DNA of 33,283 nucleotides, filler included, from Ministeria vibrans ATCC 50519 (Eukaryota > Protista > Filasterea): NCBI GenBank assembly GCA_943704425.1. It is 3 parts of 3 records of this genome, joined end to end, with 100 filler letters (N's around TTAATTAATTAA, not from the genome) between each part and the next. Parts side by side here need not be neighbours in the genome. Positions count along the whole stretch, not along the records: positions 11,547 to 33,283 come from CALSCP010001380.1; 2 more parts are not named here. One strand, 5' to 3'. Positions 28,299 through 33,283 of the stretch are shown here, piece by piece. A program made the translations under genes and the position numbers. Under the pieces are notes generated by a model. It searched no databases. It saw only the letters and a list, made by a program, of their open reading frames with translations, and had not been told where the DNA came from. Within the stretch, counting starts at the first letter, position 1, and the number at the start of each line of letters is the position of its first letter.

Positions 28299-28969
28299 GT
28301 GAGAAACCATTAATTTTACTTCAATAATATTATAGTATTACGTCGTCTTTATATTAATTTTGGGTTTTTACCTCTAGATGAGCACTCAGCGCCGTCTGAT
28401 ACTGCTCTTCGGCCTCTTCCAACTCCTTGACAAGCGTCTCAATGATGGTATTGTTACGATCCACCTCACGCTCAAATGTTTGGGACAAGATCGAAAGGGT
28501 TCGCTCGAGTTCGGCTGCTTTGGCTGCTCGCATAATCTCACGCCAACTCGTGTCAATTTTCAACATGTTCAGTTTGCTTGCTCGCTCCTCCTTTTGCAGT
28601 CGGTCCTTCAAGTAAACCTTGGTCGCTTCGTACAGCGCAAGCCGTTGCTCCTACATGTAACAGTGCACAATTCGCATCAAAATAGCGCACCAAAATTTCA
28701 CAAAGAATGTCTTGTTCGTGTTTTTAACGCCTCTCACGCTACAAAAACACCCCATTCAAACACGAGAGCCAATCTCCAGAGCATCTTTTTCATTGTCCCT
28801 TCACCGCTTTCGTTTGACGTCAACGTCGTACCTCTCTCTGCAACGACTTAGCAGCCGGCGACAAAATCTTCTTCGTTTTTGTCTTGCGCTTTAATCTCTT
28901 TCCTCCTGCCCCTCCAGTGCGAAGACTACGCCTCGTTATAGCCTTCTTTGAATTCTTCTTAGGCGGCAT
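26355..28969 (-). CDS. CCDC65: Dynein regulatory complex subunit 2 (CCDC65/DRC2), multi-exon
   Basis: Start MPPKKNSKK at 28969. YLKDRLQKEERASKLNMLKIDTSWREIMR..ILSQTFEREVD..LEEAEEQYQTALSAHL and FWKRYNKATLDKLAL..LKQYLDGLSVNEE|VLSQNNSLLVVN match the conserved N- and C-terminal blocks of CCDC65. Confidence 0.93.
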
Positions 28970-29172
28970 TCCGTCCGAGATGGAACGCTATTCTACTAAC
29001 TATACTGATTAAGTATTGTAATCCGTTGCCCTTGACAACAACACGAAATAAAATAATAATTCAAATACTTTATTGTTATACTCATAATTAATTCTCTTTC
29101 CCATCTCTGATTCCTCCCGTGTCGTCGCCCTTGCAGATTTATTATTGACCGACTGTATTCCACGCGTTCTAG

Positions 29173-32100
29173 ATGGGATCGAACTCGTCAAAAAATCAGG
29201 TCAGAAGGGCGCTTTTTTTGTGTTCTTGTTCCAGCTCCTCTCCGCGCCAAGCACCGCCATAGCTCAACTAGCATGCCAAACGACACACAGCTCATCTATA
29301 CAGCTCCCTTTAAGAGCGGTCTCTCTTCTTTTTGTCTCGTTCCGCTCCAAAGACGAACAGGGGCACTTTTTGATTACGACAACAAAATTGCTCACCTTCT
29401 TGTCTTCTCCTTGCAGACAATCTTGGTTGAGCCCGCCGATCAGAGCAACAATGCGTCTCACATGACACAGGGTAGGCAGTATTGGACATGCAGAGGACGC
29501 GCAAACGATATCGATGGTTATAAAACTCGATTGATATTGACGTATGACGTGTTCTCTTTTTTTTTTCTCCCTTCCCGTAGCCTCTGGCGCTGTCCACGAA
29601 AAGACGTCTTTGAATCAGACGTCGTCCCATGTAGGCCACGGTGCCACACGGTCGCAGCATCATGCGCTGTCAAAAACTCCCTCAGGGAACCTCTTAGCAG
29701 CAGGCTATGCGTCCTCGTCGCTTGGCAACTCAGCCTCACCAGCATCCTCTAGCTCTCGTCGAGGCCATCAGTCGCAGAAAACACGCCACGACACTTCCAT
29801 GTCCCGTGACAGCAGCAACAGCGCCGCTGTCAATGTGCCAGCCGACACGCAAAATTTCGACACTCTCATGCTGGACGATGGCACCACTCACACGGTGTAT
29901 CGTGCCGACAATGGCGTGTACTATTACGTCGACTTTGACACACAAGAGTGGAAAGAGGCACCCGAAACATGGCTTAAAGAAGGTGTTCTTGAAAGCGAGA
30001 AGGAGGCGATACTAGGGCGACGGAGCAGTGCCAAAGACAGACGTGGTGGTGGAGGGGGCGGTGGGCGTGGACGATCAGGCGCATCATCCTCGACGGGCAC
30101 AGGCGGTGCACGCGAGCTCGAAGAGGATGAACGTCAAGGACTTTATCATGACAAAGCAACGGGGAAGGTGCGCGCACTTCATAGTATAGCTATATATACT
30201 ACTGCTAACAATAATTAATCATAATAATTTTATCATTATTATTATTATTATTGTTCTTTTTTTCCAGATGTACGGTACTTACATCTTTGAGATTAAGAAG
30301 AACATTCGGTACTACTTTGACGACGAAATGGGAGCGTGGGTGCGCATGCCTCTTGAGTGGGAGCAGCGCATTCCGGAAGTAAAGAGCCTCATCAAGCGTA
30401 TTCAGGTACAGCGCAACCGATTATAAATGAGAAATAAGAATAGTAAAATAAGAGAGAATCGAGAATTAATAGTATTAATGTCAATAATAATAATAATAAT
30501 TAATAATAACAATAATGATAATGATAATTATAATTATTATTATTATTATCATTATTCTATTATTATTATTAATTTAATTATAATAATAATTATTATTATT
30601 CTTTAATTCTCTATTAATTGTATTTTTGGTGTTTTAATTCTTTTGCAGTCGGTGATACCGGACTGGAAGAACACAGTGGAGGTGCTGCTTGCGCTGCGAG
30701 AAAACGACTACGACGTACAAGATACAGTAAACTGGCGGTTCACTAACAACGGAGGGGACGGAGGGGTTGCGGAGCTGCCGATGGGGATGGGCGGTGTGGG
30801 TGCAGGGGGCAAGAGCGGCGAGCAGCTTATCGTTGAATACCGCGAGAAGGTCCAAAAGCTGGAAAAGGCTCTAAGTGCACGCGAGCAGGAGCTGCTGACG
30901 CTACAGCAAACGTGGATGGAGCGCATGCAGGACGCACCACGGCCCAAGACGGCAGCCAACCGCGACACAGAGCGCAAGCTGGCCGACGCCGAAGACCTCG
31001 TCGATGCCCAGCGCGCCCGCATTGAAGAGCTTGAGGCTGTCATTGGCGGCTCTGAAAAGGTTTACCTTAACACGACCTTTCTTAATTTTATTATTATTAT
31101 TATATTATTTTTATTATTTTCATTATTACTATTCTCATTATTAATATTGTTATGTTGTTGTTATTTAAACCTTTTCTATTTGTTGTGCTTAATCTGCAGC
31201 TAAAGATGTTGGAGAAGAAGCGACGGACGTCCATGGCAGGCATGAAAGGAAGCGCAGGAAGCGCAGGAGGAGGAGGAGGAGGAGGAGGGGGGGGGATTAG
31301 CGAACAGACGGTGCGCAGGCTCAAGGAGGCGTTAGAGGCGACGAAGAAGGAGGCGGACGAGATCCGCAAGGCAGCAGCTCACAGCATGGCCGACCTGCTG
31401 CCTCTCATTTCCCAATTTTACATTGCGTACGTATATCGACGTTAACGGCACAGTCTCACGACTTATTGCATGCACTCCCTCATGATCTCATTATGTCTCG
31501 AATATGTCTCTGTAAATTAATATTTGCGCAGCTCCCGCGACCTGTCCATTGCCACGGGTGGTCAGAAACGCACTATGGAGGAGCTCAAGGCCAAGTACCG
31601 CGCAGAGGCAATGCAGCGCAGACTGCTCTACAACAAGGCACGACACTGTCTTGCATTAATTGCCCACATAGACACACACATCGATATCCCTTCAGCTTGT
31701 TCTTATTCATTGCTCGTAGATGCAAGAACTCAAGGGAAACATCCGCGTGTTCTGTCGTGTCCGACACGACAAACGTGGTTCTATTGCCCTCAAATTCCCC
31801 ACGGACACAGAAGTGCTTGTCACAAACTCAAGCGGACACAAGAAGCTCTACGAATTTGAGCACGTAATTAAGCGCACACTAGTCACAATCATGAGTATTA
31901 GTACTTCTGCATGCACTCTCATTAATGCTATATATATACATGGCCTTGCCCGTGTAGGTGTTCAAGCCGTCGTCGACGCAAGAAGAGGTCTTCGAGGACA
32001 CCGTCTCGATCATCACATCGTCCATCGATGGGTACAACGTTGCCCTCCTTGCCTATGGCCAGACCGGCTCCGGAAAGGTCACTGCAAATACGTCGTTGCA

Positions 32101-32949
32101 TGCACACAGTCTCTCATCAAGATTGTATTGACATAATATGTGTACGTATAATAATATATCTATAAAATTCTATAGACACACACGATGATGGGCCCGCCCA
32201 ACGACCCCGGAGTCAACATTCGCAGTCTCAAGGAACTCTTCCGCGTCACGAGCGAACGCGCAAAGGAAGTTGACTTCAAACTCAAAGTATGGCCCTTGAA
32301 AACGAATTTGTTTTACTATGACTGTCTCAGATGAACTTAACGCCATAACCCGCTTAGGTGTGGATGGTTGAGATTTATAACGAACAAATCATCGACTTGC
32401 TCGAGCCTAAAGTAGCAGGAGAGAAGCCAAAGACCAAGACGATTGCGCATGGCCCACAGGGTAAAGCAAATAGTACTGAACTAAATGGGATGCATCGACT
32501 TATGGATCACTGTTTGTACATCATGTGCAGGAAACTATGTGCCAGACCTGGTCGAAGTGGACGTGGGCAACATGGACGACGTGGTCAAGACCATGGCACG
32601 CGGTCACGAGAACCGCACTGTTGCTGCGACTGCAATGAACAGCTCGTCCAGTCGAAGCCAGTATGCACTCCAAACAAAACAGAATCATCCAAGGAATTGC
32701 ACACTCCTTTTTTTCTTTCTCGCTTATAATTAGTGTTAATAATTAAAAATCTTCCTATCTGTCACACGATTTAGTCTTATCCTGACAATCCACATTAATG
32801 GACTCAACAAGCTGAGTGGAGAACGCACTCACGGGCGACTGACATTGGTCGACTTGGCGGGCAGTGAGCGAGTGGCGCGCAGCGAGGCCAAGGGACAGCG
32901 TCTGGTCGAGGCAGCCGCCATCAACAAGTCGCTTTCTGCTCTCGGACAG
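29173..32949 (+). CDS. Kinesin-14 family (C-terminal motor, KIFC3-like) protein; 3' end beyond the window; start exon tentative
   Basis: Neck RRLLYNK|[15 protein letters not shown]; [18 protein letters not shown]|THTMMG; [12 protein letters not shown]; MNSSSSRSH; [11 protein letters not shown]; [10 protein letters not shown]. These are preceded by coiled coil and an aromatic-repeat plus CUE-like N-terminal region. Confidence 0.94.
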
Positions 32950-32977
32950 GTTTGTACACTCGCTTCGAACCTTTCTT

Positions 32978-33283
32978 TATCTCTATCACTTTGTTTCTTT
33001 CTCCTTCCTTTCTCCTCTCTTTATCTCACTTTTGTTACTCTCTCTATTGCTTTGTTTCTGTCTCTTTATCACTTTTTCTCTCTCTATCACTTTGTTTCTC
33101 TCTCTATCACTTTGTTTCTCTCTCTATCACTTTGTTTCTTTCTCTATCACTTTGTTTCTCTCTCTATCACTTTGTTCTCTCTCTATCACTTTGTTTCTCT
33201 CTCTATCACTTTGTTTCTTTCTCTATCACTTTGTTTCTCTCTCTATCACTTTGTTCTCTCTCTATCACTTTGTTTCTCTCTCT
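32978..33283. repeat. Intronic 20-bp pyrimidine-rich minisatellite (TCTCTATCACTTTGTTTCTC)n
   Basis: Direct sequence; regular 20-bp period from 33081, degenerate copies before that. Confidence 0.92.

Noticed and set aside
32978-33283. 20-bp repeat as a CRISPR array or telomere
   Set aside because: Head-to-tail copies without unique spacers, directly after a splice donor in a eukaryotic gene; an intronic minisatellite

Overview
Intron-rich eukaryotic DNA with GC-rich exons and AT-rich, microsatellite-filled introns. It comes from a flagellated organism (it encodes CCDC65/DRC2); a unicellular holozoan is a plausible but unproven guess. Two artificial 100-bp spacers (N44-TTAATTAATTAA-N44) split the window into three contigs, so adjacency across them is not evidence of linkage. 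Contig 1 (1-6980): a LAMTOR1/Ego1-like gene missed by the ORF track, TPRKB/Cgi121 (KEOPS subunit), and a divergently transcribed GCN2 kinase cut by the gap. Contig 2 (7081-11446): a single-polypeptide fusion of an Fe-S-less (P)APS reductase (CysH/Met16/APR-B type) to an ATP sulfurylase, which is the most notable item, and a convergent EGF-repeat single-pass membrane protein. Contig 3 (11547-33283): an unknown multi-pass membrane protein, a giant midasin-like tandem AAA+ ATPase that breaks off inside AAA5, the 3' half of a Hop1/HORMAD-like meiotic gene (probably mis-joined at an AAT microsatellite), CCDC65, and a head-to-head kinesin-14 with a possible N-myristoylation motif and a GC-AG intron. 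Several introns show a polarised (AAT)n-then-(ATT)n complementary architecture. All protein calls rest on manual translation and motif recognition; no database search was run.
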